In this document: one piece after another, positions 49,740 through 59,552 of the stretch
How positions within the stretch are numbered: the first letter of the stretch is position 1
Layout of the letters: each line of letters starts with the position of its first letter
From: Candidatus Micrarchaeota archaeon
GTDB taxonomy: Archaea; Micrarchaeota; Micrarchaeia; Micrarchaeales; CABMGC01
Assembly (NCBI GenBank): GCA_021848025.1
Contig: JAJZND010000015.1
Coordinates: 9,310 to 73,309 of the forward strand
Length of the DNA stretch: 64,000 nt
Direction: 5' to 3'
The notes under the pieces: generated by a model
Seen by the model: only the letters and a program-made list of their open reading frames with translations
Told to the model about the DNA's origin: nothing
The model's database searches: none
Made by a program: the position numbers and the translations under genes

Positions 49740-50543
49740 ATGCCAAATAGACCCTACGTAATATTTATAGCGTCGCAGAAAGGCGGCGTAGGAAAGACGA
49801 CCATCGCAGTAAATCTGGGAACAGCGCTCAGGTACCGTGAGTATCAGGTACTGCTTATAGATACGGATGTTGCTACGTACAGCATAAGCAGCCATCTTGG
49901 CCTCAAAGATGCTGAAAATGACTATTCAAAGGCGATCAACGGCAAGATCGATGTCAAAGAGGCGATCTTCTCCTACGAGCCATTAGACCTGAATCTCATA
50001 CTGGGAAATCAGGAAGCTGAAGAGATAGAGGAAAACGCAGATAAGATCAACAGGTTCTATAGTCAGGTGCTAAAGCTGAATTACGATTTTGTATTAATAG
50101 ACAGCCATCCGGGCCCGTTCAGCGAGAACATGGCAAAATACATTAATGATGTGGTAATATTGACAACTCCTGATGCGGCTTCAGCCAAAAGCAGCGCCAA
50201 GCTAGCCAAGTACTGTGAAAAGCACAGGATTGAGCACAGGCTGGTAATAAACCGTATTGGCTCTAGCAAATTCGAACTTGAGACTGAAGAGGTCGAGCGC
50301 CTATGCGGCGATATTGCATCAGTCATAATACCCGAAGATGACATAGTACAGGAAAGCAATACGAGGCATAAGCCTGCTTACATGGTAAATAAAAGCGCAC
50401 CTTTTTCGCTTGCAATAGACGAGCTCGCGCGGATTTACATGCTAAAGACAGGCAAGCCCATGGATACTGAACCAGAAGCCGACAGGCAAAGCAAGAAGTC
50501 ATTTTTCCAAAAGCTAGGCGGATGGTCGCTAGGCTCAAAATAG
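49740..50543 (+). CDS. ParA/MinD-family P-loop ATPase
   Basis: Start taken at MPNRPYVIFIASQKGGVGKTT (deviant Walker A). The track ORF starts 16 codons earlier. Confidence 0.8.
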   Translation: MPNRPYVIFIASQKGGVGKTTIAVNLGTALRYREYQVLLIDTDVATYSISSHLGLKDAENDYSKAINGKIDVKEAIFSYEPLDLNLILGNQEAEEIEENADKINRFYSQVLKLNYDFVLIDSHPGPFSENMAKYINDVVILTTPDAASAKSSAKLAKYCEKHRIEHRLVINRIGSSKFELETEEVERLCGDIASVIIPEDDIVQESNTRHKPAYMVNKSAPFSLAIDELARIYMLKTGKPMDTEPEADRQSKKSFFQKLGGWSLGSK

Positions 50544-50622
50544 TCGCATGCGCCAATTTAGCTTCAACCTTACCAAAAGCAACCTTTTTATAGTGGGATA
50601 TAATATAGAATATGGAGATCAA

Positions 50623-50766
50623 ATGGAAGCATACTGTGTTAAATGCAAGGAGAAAAAAGAGATGAAGGACGCAAAAGAAGTCACAATGAAGAATGGCAAG
50701 AAAGCAGTCACAGGCGTATGTCCTTCGTGCGGCACAAAAATGTTCAAGATAGGCGGAAAGAAATAA
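50623..50766 (+). CDS. small zinc-ribbon protein (DUF5679-like)
   Basis: 47 aa from the internal ATG: MEAYCVKCKEKKEMKDAKEVTMKNGKKAVTGVCPSCGTKMFKIGGKK. Two CxxC pairs. Confidence 0.6.
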   Translation: MEAYCVKCKEKKEMKDAKEVTMKNGKKAVTGVCPSCGTKMFKIGGKK

Positions 50767-50832
50767 GCCTATAAAAAACATGCCTGCCCGTCTTATTCTC
50801 ATGCTTAATTCCAGGCGCCGTGCATAAGGCGT

Positions 50833-50848
50833 TCTTTTTCTTTTTTTC
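50833..50848 (+). terminator. oligo-T tract (TCTTTTTCTTTTTTTC) between convergent genes
   Basis: T-rich run about 70 nt after the zinc-ribbon gene stop. Archaeal terminators are typically oligo-T. Confidence 0.35.
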
Positions 50849-50877
50849 TAATTACCCCGCAGGTACACGCCATATGG

Positions 50878-52101
50878 CTACTTTTTCCATATGGCCTCTT
50901 CAATTCTGATAAGCTCGTTGTGTTTTGCTGTGCGTTCACCTCCTATGGTCCCTGTTTTTATGTATTTTATCCCTAGTCCAACTGCAAGATGGGCTATTGT
51001 GAAATCTTCTGTTTCACCGCTTCTATGCGAGATCACCGTTTCATAATTGTTCTTCTTTGCAAGCTTTACCGTTTCAATCATGTCGCTGAGGGTTCCTATC
51101 TGGTTTGGCTTTATAAGTATCGCATTCGCTGCCCCCTTCCTTATGCCCTCCTTCAGCCGTTCCTTGTTGGTAACGAATATATCATCTCCAACAATCATTG
51201 TTTTGTTTCCAATCCTTCTAGTTAGGGCAGCAAGGCCATCAAAATCGCTTTCAGTAAGCGGGTCCTCTATTATATTTACTGAAAATTTCTCCGCAAGCTC
51301 AGAAACAAAGTCTATCTGCTCCTCAGTAGTCAGCCTCTTTCCATTGTTATACTCGTATCTGGCACCTGTATAAAAGTTTGTAGCTGCCATATCGATGGCC
51401 GGAAAGAGGTCAAAGCCTACTTCTTTGGATACTGCAGAGACAGCCTCGGAAACTAGTCCCAGCGCTCCTGCATCATCTATCATGGCTACCCATGCCTTTT
51501 CGTCACCCAGGCCCAATGGGATACCTGGAAATTTCTTCTTCAGCAGCTCGCCAACCCTCTTGTGCACCATCACGTTTGCAAATGCAGAATTTGAGTATGT
51601 TTTGCCAAAGGAAACGGAAAGAAATTCCTGCATCGTTGTGCCATTAACTGCATGCTTTCCGCCGCCTATTATATTGCCAAGCGGAAAAGGCATCACCGGA
51701 TCATTTTTTCCCAGCAAGAACTGGTAAAGCTCCATGTTTTCAGCTTTTGCCGCTGCCTTTGCTACGCCCAACGAAAAGACCACTGCTATATTGCCGCCTA
51801 TTTTCGAAAAATCCGTAGTGCCATCGATCTCGTGCAATATTTTGTCTACCTCCTGATAAGTGGCAATGTCATTACCTATGATCTTTGGCACTATCTTCTC
51901 AATAGCCTGCCCTATTGCAAAATCTATCCCATCATTCGGATATTCCTTTACCTCCATGGAGCCCTTGCTGGCGCCGCTTGGGGCCGCTGCCCTGCATTTT
52001 ATTCCATTCTCAGCATATACGTCAAGCTCAACTGTTGGGTTGCCTCTCGAGTCAAGTATCTTCCTTATTCTGATCTTTTCAATTTTAGGCATATAACTCA
52101 C
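50878..52101 (-). CDS. eno: enolase
   Basis: 407 aa. ILDSRGNPTVE, SHRSGETED and the catalytic lysine context LIKPNQIGT. Confidence 0.95.
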   Translation of the reverse strand: MSYMPKIEKIRIRKILDSRGNPTVELDVYAENGIKCRAAAPSGASKGSMEVKEYPNDGIDFAIGQAIEKIVPKIIGNDIATYQEVDKILHEIDGTTDFSKIGGNIAVVFSLGVAKAAAKAENMELYQFLLGKNDPVMPFPLGNIIGGGKHAVNGTTMQEFLSVSFGKTYSNSAFANVMVHKRVGELLKKKFPGIPLGLGDEKAWVAMIDDAGALGLVSEAVSAVSKEVGFDLFPAIDMAATNFYTGARYEYNNGKRLTTEEQIDFVSELAEKFSVNIIEDPLTESDFDGLAALTRRIGNKTMIVGDDIFVTNKERLKEGIRKGAANAILIKPNQIGTLSDMIETVKLAKKNNYETVISHRSGETEDFTIAHLAVGLGIKYIKTGTIGGERTAKHNELIRIEEAIWKK

Positions 52102-52207
52102 CTATCTCTTTCATATACTCTCTAACCTAATAAGCATGCACCTGAGCTCCTGTTAACAAATATATATTTAAGCCTGTTTATAAAAGAATAAATAATAAGG
52201 TAATCGG

Positions 52208-52387
52208 ATGGTAGAAATAAAGATAAAATCCTCAAAGGATGGTCCTAATCTGGTAATAATTGACGGCCAAGTAAAAATGGCATTCTGCAGATGCGGCCAC
52301 TCCAACAACAAGCCTTTCTGCGACGGCACGCACCATAAGGCAAAGTTTGAAGCCGAGGAGAAGGAAACCCAGATATTCAATGGCTGA
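52208..52387 (+). CDS. CDGSH-type iron-sulfur domain protein
   Basis: Below the track threshold. My translation gives 59 aa: MVEIKIKSSKDGPNLVIIDGQVKMAFCRCGHSNNKPFCDGTHHKAKFEAEEKETQIFNG, containing the C-x-C-x2-S-x3-P-x-C-D-G-x-H signature. The antisense track ORF 52168-52380 is judged spurious. Confidence 0.75.
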   Translation: MVEIKIKSSKDGPNLVIIDGQVKMAFCRCGHSNNKPFCDGTHHKAKFEAEEKETQIFNG

Positions 52388-52401
52388 TGTGCTAGAGGTG
52401 C

Positions 52402-52938
52402 CTATCTGCCTAAGCTAAACTCCCCTACCTTTTTCCATGAACTTACTGCCCCCTCAGTGGAATATAAGTAAAGCCTGTCCACATAAAATCCATTCAGATC
52501 TCTGAAAACCGCACTATCCACATGCCTGACTGCATCAAGGCGCACCTGCTTGCTCACGTTGAAATATACGAGGCTCATATGTGGCATGAATTTACTTGGT
52601 TTCATTTTAAATGCAGATGTTGCATTTTTATAAAACCTCTTCAGCATTTCAGTGTATTTTATCCTTACAAATATTGATTTGAAAAAAGCATCCGAATTTC
52701 CTATCTTTCCAAACTCTATATTCATTGCAGTTGAAGATGCTGCAAGATATTCTGCCGTTTTCAGCGCATCTTCTTGTACTGCGGATATCTGGCCTAAAAG
52801 AGTGACATGCGGCTCAAAAGGCGCGCTTCCATATTTTATAGCCAGGCCTTCTATGATTTCGTATATTTTTTTTGAAATGTTTGGCTCAGGCATAAGCCAC
52901 AACGAATATCTGTTCCATTCAACAAGCTCTCCGCTCAT
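52402..52938 (-). CDS. 2H-superfamily cyclic phosphodiesterase-like protein
   Basis: 178 aa with two H-x-T/S-x motifs (HVTL, HMSL) at the spacing typical of the 2H fold. Confidence 0.65.
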   Translation of the reverse strand: MSGELVEWNRYSLWLMPEPNISKKIYEIIEGLAIKYGSAPFEPHVTLLGQISAVQEDALKTAEYLAASSTAMNIEFGKIGNSDAFFKSIFVRIKYTEMLKRFYKNATSAFKMKPSKFMPHMSLVYFNVSKQVRLDAVRHVDSAVFRDLNGFYVDRLYLYSTEGAVSSWKKVGEFSLGR

Positions 52939-53795
52939 AATCCGACCCGTTTACTCCTCCTGGCATTTGCAATTTCCTCAAAATCTATCGGCATAACGAA
53001 TTTATCACCAAAAATATCTTTGTTTCCTGCCATTGTAACGAATGTGGGCTCTATTCCATGCATCCTGGCTTTGTGTGCGACTCCCTTTGGCACAACTACT
53101 GTTTCTCCAGAATCAACCTCTATCCGCTCAACCCTGCCTCTTGTCATATACCACATAGTCATCCCGCTAAATGTAGTATACGTTTCGACAAGATTCAAGT
53201 GTACGTGTGTATTCTGCGGAGAGTTGGAGTTTCCAGCGGAAAATTCCTGATTCGCGGTGCCTAAAGCCACATATTTTGTTTGGACTGAATCCATCCTTTC
53301 TCCTCCGTATGCAAGTTCTTCCCCGTATATGTGACGCGGTACTACCAGTTTATTGGCTTTTCCTGGCTCAAGGTGATTCTGGATATACTCTTTTGTATAA
53401 CCTATCGTCCTGCCTATCGTACCAGAAGTCAGACCGTAAACAGCACTGAATAAATGAAGAGTGCCATTGGCATGTATTCTGTATTTCGTTTGGCCTGGTA
53501 TAACTGCAGCATGAACTTTTGCGGTTGTCGAACTGCCCGCCTCATCCTTGTAACTTATATCAAATTCTGCATTAGAGAAGGCAAAGAGCAGGTTACCCGT
53601 GCCATTGGTCATTCCAGAAATCTCTTGTCTAGCGTCTCTTCTGATCTCAAGCATTGCAGGGTAATGGTATACTGATGAATCCTGCCTGCCAGAAATTATG
53701 TATGGCCTGCTATCGTTTCTCACAGCAGCTTCAAGGGCTATCTTTTTCTGTTCTATTGTATGTGACATAGTGACCATAATATCATACTTTATCAT
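52935..53795 (-). CDS. cupin-domain protein (possible sugar-phosphate isomerase type)
   Basis: 286 aa. C-terminal cupin motifs THVHLNLVETYTTFSG and GETVVVPKGVAHKA. Confidence 0.5.
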   Translation of the reverse strand: MIKYDIMVTMSHTIEQKKIALEAAVRNDSRPYIISGRQDSSVYHYPAMLEIRRDARQEISGMTNGTGNLLFAFSNAEFDISYKDEAGSSTTAKVHAAVIPGQTKYRIHANGTLHLFSAVYGLTSGTIGRTIGYTKEYIQNHLEPGKANKLVVPRHIYGEELAYGGERMDSVQTKYVALGTANQEFSAGNSNSPQNTHVHLNLVETYTTFSGMTMWYMTRGRVERIEVDSGETVVVPKGVAHKARMHGIEPTFVTMAGNKDIFGDKFVMPIDFEEIANARRSKRVGL

Positions 53796-53870
53796 ATAAT
53801 ATATTATATTATCATACTTATTTAAATCTTATGCCAAATCTTAATATGCTGATATGCATAGGTATTATAC

Positions 53871-54668
53871 ATGAAAGAGAGGCTTACCATAACCCTTGAT
53901 AAGGACCTATTATCTGCGATAGACGCCACTATAGATGGTGTAAATATAAGGAACAGGTCGCATGCAATAGAGCAGCTGCTTATATCATCAATCAGCCATG
54001 GTAAACCCAAGAAAGCCGTTGTATTTGCTGGGGGAGAGCCTGCTAATGTAAACGGCAGGAGCGTACCGGTACCTCTGGTTACAGTAAAAGGCAAGCCGGT
54101 AATAGACTATATGTTAGAGGAATTCAAGCGCAATAATATTGCTGAGATCATAATGATTGTCGGAAAAGACTCAGAAAGCATCTTCAATCGTATTGGGGAT
54201 GGGACAAGCCTGGGGTTGAAGATAAGCTACGTAATAGAAGAGACTCCTAAAGGCACCGAGGGCGCATTGGCTCTTGTAAAAGATAAAGTAGGCGGAAAAC
54301 CCTTTTTTGCTTTTAACGGGGATAATGTTTTTAATATAAATCTGGATGATGTTTACAACCAGCACTTGGCAAGCAAGGCAATCGCTACCATAGTGCTAAC
54401 TCCATCTGATTCCAAGCCGCGTTTTGGGGTCACAAAACTGACAGGCAACAGGATAACAAGTTTTGTACAGAAGCATGATAAAGGAAGAAAAGCCACGCTT
54501 GTTAATGCCGGTATCTACTTATTCAATCCGGAAGTTTTCGAATTCCTCAGCAAATCCAAAGAAAAAGTAATGCTAGAAGAGAGCCTCTTCCCTGCTCTCG
54601 CCAGCAGCGGCAAGCTTTTCGGATATGTATTTTCAGGCCCATGGTATTCCCTGGATAATGTACGTTGA
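53871..54668 (+). CDS. ribbon-helix-helix domain fused to a sugar-phosphate nucleotidyltransferase
   Basis: 265 aa. N-terminal CopG-like RHH (KERLTITLDKDLLSAIDATID...RSHAIEQLL), then an NTP-transferase fold (AVVFAGGE..., EETPKGTEGAL, NGDNVF). Confidence 0.7.
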   Translation: MKERLTITLDKDLLSAIDATIDGVNIRNRSHAIEQLLISSISHGKPKKAVVFAGGEPANVNGRSVPVPLVTVKGKPVIDYMLEEFKRNNIAEIIMIVGKDSESIFNRIGDGTSLGLKISYVIEETPKGTEGALALVKDKVGGKPFFAFNGDNVFNINLDDVYNQHLASKAIATIVLTPSDSKPRFGVTKLTGNRITSFVQKHDKGRKATLVNAGIYLFNPEVFEFLSKSKEKVMLEESLFPALASSGKLFGYVFSGPWYSLDNVR

Positions 54669-54796
54669 ATCAAATTCATATTCGATTCAGGAACGTATCT
54701 GGCATATTCAAACTAAATTTACCGTAATAAATGCCATATCTTCACTATTAATAATCGCAAAGTAAAGCTTAAATTAACAAAATTCCCAATCCATCC

Positions 54797-55231
54797 ATGT
54801 ACTATTCCGAATCAGGCAGTGGTGTGTTTATACTCCGCCTCGAGAGAGGAGAGAAAGTTATTGCCTCAATAAATAAATTCTGCAGAAAACTTGGAATAAA
54901 GAATGCGCTTATAAATGGAATAGGTTCATTGGAGAATCCTAAATTAGCCCATTATACTGTAGATAAAAAGAAGTACAAGGAGGAGACAAAAGAAGGCATA
55001 TTCGAGCTTACGGGAATGATGGGCAATGTCGCCATCTTTCGAGGCGAGCAATTAGTACATGTGCATGTAACTGTTTCAGATAATAAGATGAACGTATACG
55101 GTGGGCATCTGGTAGAATCGGAAGTTTCTGCAACAGTTGAGATAACGCTTCAGGGAATTGAAGGGGAAAAAGAGAAGAAATACGATGAAGAAATAGGCCT
55201 TAAGCTTTTTGATCTTCCAGATCACATATAA
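54797..55231 (+). CDS. PPC/DUF296 domain protein
   Basis: 144 aa. FILRLERGEKVIASINKFC...GIGSL...ELTGMMGNVA...HVHVTVSD pattern. Confidence 0.7.
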   Translation: MYYSESGSGVFILRLERGEKVIASINKFCRKLGIKNALINGIGSLENPKLAHYTVDKKKYKEETKEGIFELTGMMGNVAIFRGEQLVHVHVTVSDNKMNVYGGHLVESEVSATVEITLQGIEGEKEKKYDEEIGLKLFDLPDHI

Positions 55232-55301
55232 TTATAATGGATTATCCAATGCTGGTTCGGCCACATGCAACAGCAAGGCGCAAAATAAAAAGGGCATCTA
55301 A

Positions 55302-56597
55302 ATGCTTATCAATATAACTGAAATTGCATTGACAATTTTCGTATCCCTTATGCTTATAGCTCAGCTTATTGCATTAAGGTTCAAAGTACCATACACTGTT
55401 GTTTTGGTCTTCATAGGCTTGGGAATAACAGCCCTCTCCACAATAGTGTTAAGCACGGGCCCTATTTCAACAGCATTCTTCGGATCCATACAGTGGATCA
55501 AATCCTTATATGGACAGCTAGTGAGCACTGGCCTTTTTGTAGGATTGATAGTCCCTCCCCTGATTTTCGAAGCAATGATTCATATAAAGAGAAATGAGCT
55601 AAGCACAGTGATAAGACCAGCCTTGGCACTTGCAACGGTAGGCGTTCTGCTTTCAACAGCCGTAGCAACTTTAGTGCTATGGAAGCTGGCAGGCCTTCCG
55701 CTTATAATAGCATTAATTTTTGCAGCTATCATATCCCCTACTGATACAATAACCGTACTTCAGATATTCAAGCACATAAAGGTCCCTCAGAGACTCGCAA
55801 CATTAATGGAAATCGAAGCAGCATTCAACGATGCAACTGCAATTGTGCTCTTCAGCATAATCCTTTCTTCTATAGGGCTGGAGCATTCACCACTTTTATT
55901 TAACTACATTGAAATTTTTCTCTATAACTTCATAGGCGGCGGTGTGATAGGTATAATTGTGGCCTATGCTGCCAGATATATCCATACCAAAGTAGATGAC
56001 AAAATGGCCGAAACTACATTGACAATAGCTGCTGTCTATGGCTCATACGTCCTCGCAACGGGCATTGGTGCTTCCGGATTGATTGCAGTAGCCATAGTGG
56101 GACTTTACTTTGGCAGCAGCACCATGCGCTATGCAGTCTCCAAGACCGTGAGAGGCGCTATACTCTCTTTCTGGGAAATAGCCGCATTTGTAGGCAATGC
56201 GATTGCCTTTCTGTTCATAGGATTCGAAACAAATCTCGCCTTGTTCGCAACTTCCGGTGCGCTAATAGTGGTGGCATTCGTTTCTGTAGTAATCGCACGA
56301 ATCGCAACTGTATACCCTATAGTTTCCATATTCAATAACATCAGCAAGAAGGCAAAAAGCAAGATACCCTTCAGATGGGCAAACATCGCAACCCTGGGAG
56401 GGGTCAGAGGCGCACTTTCAATAGCATTGCTGGCAACCCTTGTGGCTTCAAATGATATCTCCAATTCATACATCTCTGCAATAACTACGATGGTACTGGG
56501 CGTAGTGTTTATATCGATAATTGCACAGGTGCCAGTTCTTTCCGGCTATTCTTCTAAACTATTCGGCAGACATAAGAAATCTACGGATCTGCAATAA
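55302..56597 (+). CDS. Na+/H+ antiporter (CPA1/NhaP type)
   Basis: 431 aa with about 12 TM helices. The ISPTD motif and the AFNDATAIV region are characteristic of CPA1. Confidence 0.85.
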   Translation: MLINITEIALTIFVSLMLIAQLIALRFKVPYTVVLVFIGLGITALSTIVLSTGPISTAFFGSIQWIKSLYGQLVSTGLFVGLIVPPLIFEAMIHIKRNELSTVIRPALALATVGVLLSTAVATLVLWKLAGLPLIIALIFAAIISPTDTITVLQIFKHIKVPQRLATLMEIEAAFNDATAIVLFSIILSSIGLEHSPLLFNYIEIFLYNFIGGGVIGIIVAYAARYIHTKVDDKMAETTLTIAAVYGSYVLATGIGASGLIAVAIVGLYFGSSTMRYAVSKTVRGAILSFWEIAAFVGNAIAFLFIGFETNLALFATSGALIVVAFVSVVIARIATVYPIVSIFNNISKKAKSKIPFRWANIATLGGVRGALSIALLATLVASNDISNSYISAITTMVLGVVFISIIAQVPVLSGYSSKLFGRHKKSTDLQ

Positions 56598-56643
56598 GGA
56601 CAGAATTAAATTTGCGATTACAAATCGCATAAGCGTATTTACG

Positions 56644-57063
56644 CTATGGTTTCTGTAAATGAATCCTGTGAGGCTCAATTCTTAGCATAACTCTGTCTCC
56701 ATGCTGTCTATAATCCGAACCTACATATTTCCTAGAAATCCTGTCAATATGTGCTTCGGCTCCTTCTTCACGTACTTCTATTACCCTGCCTCTTATGAAT
56801 ACAGCATCATATGGGTCATTCATGTCAAATATGCTTAATGCAACTCTCGGATCCCTAATAATATTCCTTGTTTTTACTCTGCCTTTAGTAGTATTTATAA
56901 CAATAATATTTCCATCCCTGTCAACCCACGTAACTGTTACTTGCGGCGATCCGTCTTTCATAAGAGTAGCTAAGCTGGCAAAGTTTTTCCCATCAATCAA
57001 TTTCTTAGCTTTTTCTGGCAGGTCCATGTTATTATTTGCCAGCCAAAGTATAAAAGTTTTCAA
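56644..57063 (-). CDS. pyridoxamine 5'-phosphate oxidase-family (PPOX class) protein
   Basis: 139 aa. ASLATLMKDGSPQVTVTWVD...IVINT..GRVKTRNIIRDPRVAL pattern. The true start may be the internal MDLPEK. Confidence 0.75.
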   Translation of the reverse strand: MKTFILWLANNNMDLPEKAKKLIDGKNFASLATLMKDGSPQVTVTWVDRDGNIIVINTTKGRVKTRNIIRDPRVALSIFDMNDPYDAVFIRGRVIEVREEGAEAHIDRISRKYVGSDYRQHGDRVMLRIEPHRIHLQKP

Positions 57064-57158
57064 TCAAAATAATCACTATCCCGATAACTGCATGCGAAGT
57101 ATGCTTTTGTACCTATACACGTTCGGAAAAGCGTAGAATTAAGATTCTTCTAATTTTA

Positions 57159-58412
57159 ATGCTAAACATGTTCTTGCCATTGTCAGTAATAGTGCTGGCA
57201 GTATCCTTTATCCTGGTTGCCGTAAGGCAGATAGGAAACATAAAGCTGCAGATCTGGCATGTAATTTTGGGCGGCGCAATAGTCGTGCTACTAACAGGCC
57301 AAATATCAATACCTGCTGCGATATCCTATATTAATCCAACCGTAATAGTCTTCCTTATAGGAATCTTTATCCTTGGAGAAGCGCTAACCAGCAGCGGTTA
57401 CATACAGTATCTTTCCTATAATATATTTAAGCGCTTTAAATCCGTTGACCGTCTAGTTCTCGCAGTAGTCTTCTCAATGGGGGTTGCATCAATGTTCATG
57501 CTTAATGATACCATGGCCATCATCGGCACTCCGGTAGTCATGCTTTTTGCAAAAAGGGAAAAGATAAATCCAAAGCTCATGCTCCTATCCCTAGCATTTG
57601 CAATAACGATAGGCAGTGTTGCAAGCCCGATAGGAAATCCACAGAATTTGCTTGTTGCCTCGAGCGGAATAGTGAAGAAACCCTTCATCGATTTTTTTTC
57701 GACTCTCCTAATACCTACCTTATTGGATCTTCTTGCAGCCTATTTAATTCTTAGGCTGTTCTTCAAAAAAGAGTTTACCAAAAAGCCGCTAATACACGAA
57801 CTCGTCAAGATAAAAGACCCTAAACTTGCAAGACTCTGTAAATTATCCCTTGCTCTGCTTGGAATTTCAATATCCGCTTACGTGGTAATTGAAATATTCA
57901 ACATTTCGCATGGCATAAGTTTTGCATATATCGCAATCATTGCTGCCTTACCAATACTGCTTTTTAGCAACCAGAGAGCCACCATAGTTAAAAATATCGA
58001 CTGGACAACCATAATATTCTTTATAGCCCTCTTTGTACTAGTAGGCAGCGTCTGGCAGTCTGGGTTCCTTCAAAATGTAATAAATAGTCTGCATCTCGAC
58101 ATAAATTCTGTCCCTACAGTGCTGATTGTGAATGTTGTAGGTAGCCAATTCATCTCCAATGTGCCGATGGTGGCTCTATACTTGAAACTGCTTGAGTATA
58201 CTCACTCAACCACTGCCATTGCAATGGCTCTTGCTGCGGGAAGTACCATAGCAGGAAATCTATTCATACTCGGAGCTGCAAGCAATGTAATAATAGTGCA
58301 GATGGCCGAGAAAAGATACAAGAGTTCATTGTCATTCCTTGACTTTGCAAAGATAGGCGCTGTTGTCACTGCAGTCAGCATAATAATATACTGGGCTTTT
58401 CTTACGGTATGA
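57159..58412 (+). CDS. ArsB/NhaD-superfamily anion permease
   Basis: 417 aa polytopic protein with the repeated SPIGNPQNL-type motif. Confidence 0.75.
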   Translation: MLNMFLPLSVIVLAVSFILVAVRQIGNIKLQIWHVILGGAIVVLLTGQISIPAAISYINPTVIVFLIGIFILGEALTSSGYIQYLSYNIFKRFKSVDRLVLAVVFSMGVASMFMLNDTMAIIGTPVVMLFAKREKINPKLMLLSLAFAITIGSVASPIGNPQNLLVASSGIVKKPFIDFFSTLLIPTLLDLLAAYLILRLFFKKEFTKKPLIHELVKIKDPKLARLCKLSLALLGISISAYVVIEIFNISHGISFAYIAIIAALPILLFSNQRATIVKNIDWTTIIFFIALFVLVGSVWQSGFLQNVINSLHLDINSVPTVLIVNVVGSQFISNVPMVALYLKLLEYTHSTTAIAMALAAGSTIAGNLFILGAASNVIIVQMAEKRYKSSLSFLDFAKIGAVVTAVSIIIYWAFLTV

Positions 58413-58471
58413 GTGTCAGAGATGGGCTATTGATCTTGGCAAAGCTTGCTGTAAATTTATCTTGTCCTGTT

Positions 58472-58504
58472 GGAACAGAACCTAAAGCGCATCGCCCGAA
58501 GCAG
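58472..58504. repeat. T-repeat copy 1 (GGAACAGAACCTAAAGCGCATCGCCCGAAGCAG)
   Basis: 31/33 identical to copy 4. Confidence 0.9.
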
Positions 58505-58691
58505 ACGGATAAGTTTTATACGACATTCTGATAATACGTCTTTATATACCAAATAATATACTACGCAACTGAGTCAAAACCTGCGTCACGTTGCGTTATA
58601 ATGCAGAATTCCTGTCATGCGGAAGTTGCCGAGTCAGTTGTAGGTCGGAGCTGTGTGCTTATTTTGCGCGCAGTTTCCTGCATGTTGTGCC

Positions 58692-58741
58692 GATGCACAA
58701 GATGCACCATAGTCACATCTCAGGCAAAGAACCTTTAAATA
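58692..58741. repeat. R-repeat copy 1 plus TTTAAATA box
   Basis: GATGCACAAGATGCACCATAGTCACATCTCAGGCAA...TTTAAATA. 30/36 identical to the copy at 60934. The ORF start at 58763 follows. Confidence 0.8.
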
Positions 58742-58762
58742 AGCTAAATAAAAAGTAATAGC

Positions 58763-58954
58763 ATGCAAAGCTTAGGTATGGGATTGATTGTTGCTGGTGG
58801 TTTCCTATTCGGGATGGGCATTGGACATATAATACTATTTGCCAGTACGTTTGCTACTGTTGGCGTTATTATGATAACCTTAGGGTTAGTGGCCTTATTC
58901 TGGAGACCAGCTTGTAGGGGAAGGACGCAGAAAGGTAGTGGGGGCCGTACTTGA
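58763..58954 (+). CDS. small two-TM membrane protein
   Basis: 63 aa with two hydrophobic helices. Its stop codon lies inside T-repeat copy 2. Confidence 0.45.
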   Translation: MQSLGMGLIVAGGFLFGMGIGHIILFASTFATVGVIMITLGLVALFWRPACRGRTQKGSGGRT

Positions 58955-58973
58955 AGCGCATCGCCCGAAGCAG
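58952..58973. repeat. T-repeat copy 2 (TGAAGCGCATCGCCCGAAGCAG)
   Basis: Identical to the core of copy 4. Followed by AAGTTTTATA, as in copy 1. Confidence 0.9.
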
Positions 58974-59068
58974 GAGAAGTTTTATAAGATATTCCCCAAC
59001 ATATCTCCATATATCTGGTTTGATTCGTAGCAGATGCATAATATTTATTATATCCCCGTGACCAAAAG

Positions 59069-59548
59069 ATGAGTGATAGTATGGCAGCAGATGAGAATGT
59101 CCTGGGATATATAGACAATCTTACAGCATTTGGCATAATAGCACCAATACGAAAGAGCCTTATAATAACAAATAAAAGAATTCTAATTTTGGATGCAAGT
59201 AGCATGTCTTCAACAGCTACGTCTGCGGGCTTTTCATATGTGTTTGGTGTTTTTGGCAGAGGCATGGCAAACCGTATCTCAAAAGATGAGATACAAGAAA
59301 CCACAAAAAAGCTTGCGCAAGCTAACCTTGATGAATTGCTTAATTCAAATACTGACAATGTGGCACTCGATGTCACAAATATAGAGGGTGTGGAGATAAA
59401 CAGAAAGCAGATCCTAATAAAGACGACTCAAAAAACCTTCAAGTACGGGCTATCAAATCCAGATGTCAGGAATAAGAAGAGCGATGTTTATGAAGCATAT
59501 ATTCAAGTGTTGCAAGCTGCTCTGGGTGGCAAGGTAGTGTCAAAGTGA
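59069..59548 (+). CDS. hypothetical protein (possible PH/GRAM-like fold)
   Basis: 159 aa. The segment SLIITNKRILILD resembles bacterial PH-like domains. Assignment is weak. Confidence 0.4.
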   Translation: MSDSMAADENVLGYIDNLTAFGIIAPIRKSLIITNKRILILDASSMSSTATSAGFSYVFGVFGRGMANRISKDEIQETTKKLAQANLDELLNSNTDNVALDVTNIEGVEINRKQILIKTTQKTFKYGLSNPDVRNKKSDVYEAYIQVLQAALGGKVVSK

Positions 59549-59552
59549 ATAG

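Noticed and set aside
58744-59376. 210-aa minus-strand ORF spanning two plus-strand ORFs and a T-repeat
   Set aside because: It crosses a conserved repeat and the intergenic promoter-like region. Its composition looks random, while the plus-strand ORFs have clean TM or domain-like patterns and start just after TATA boxes.
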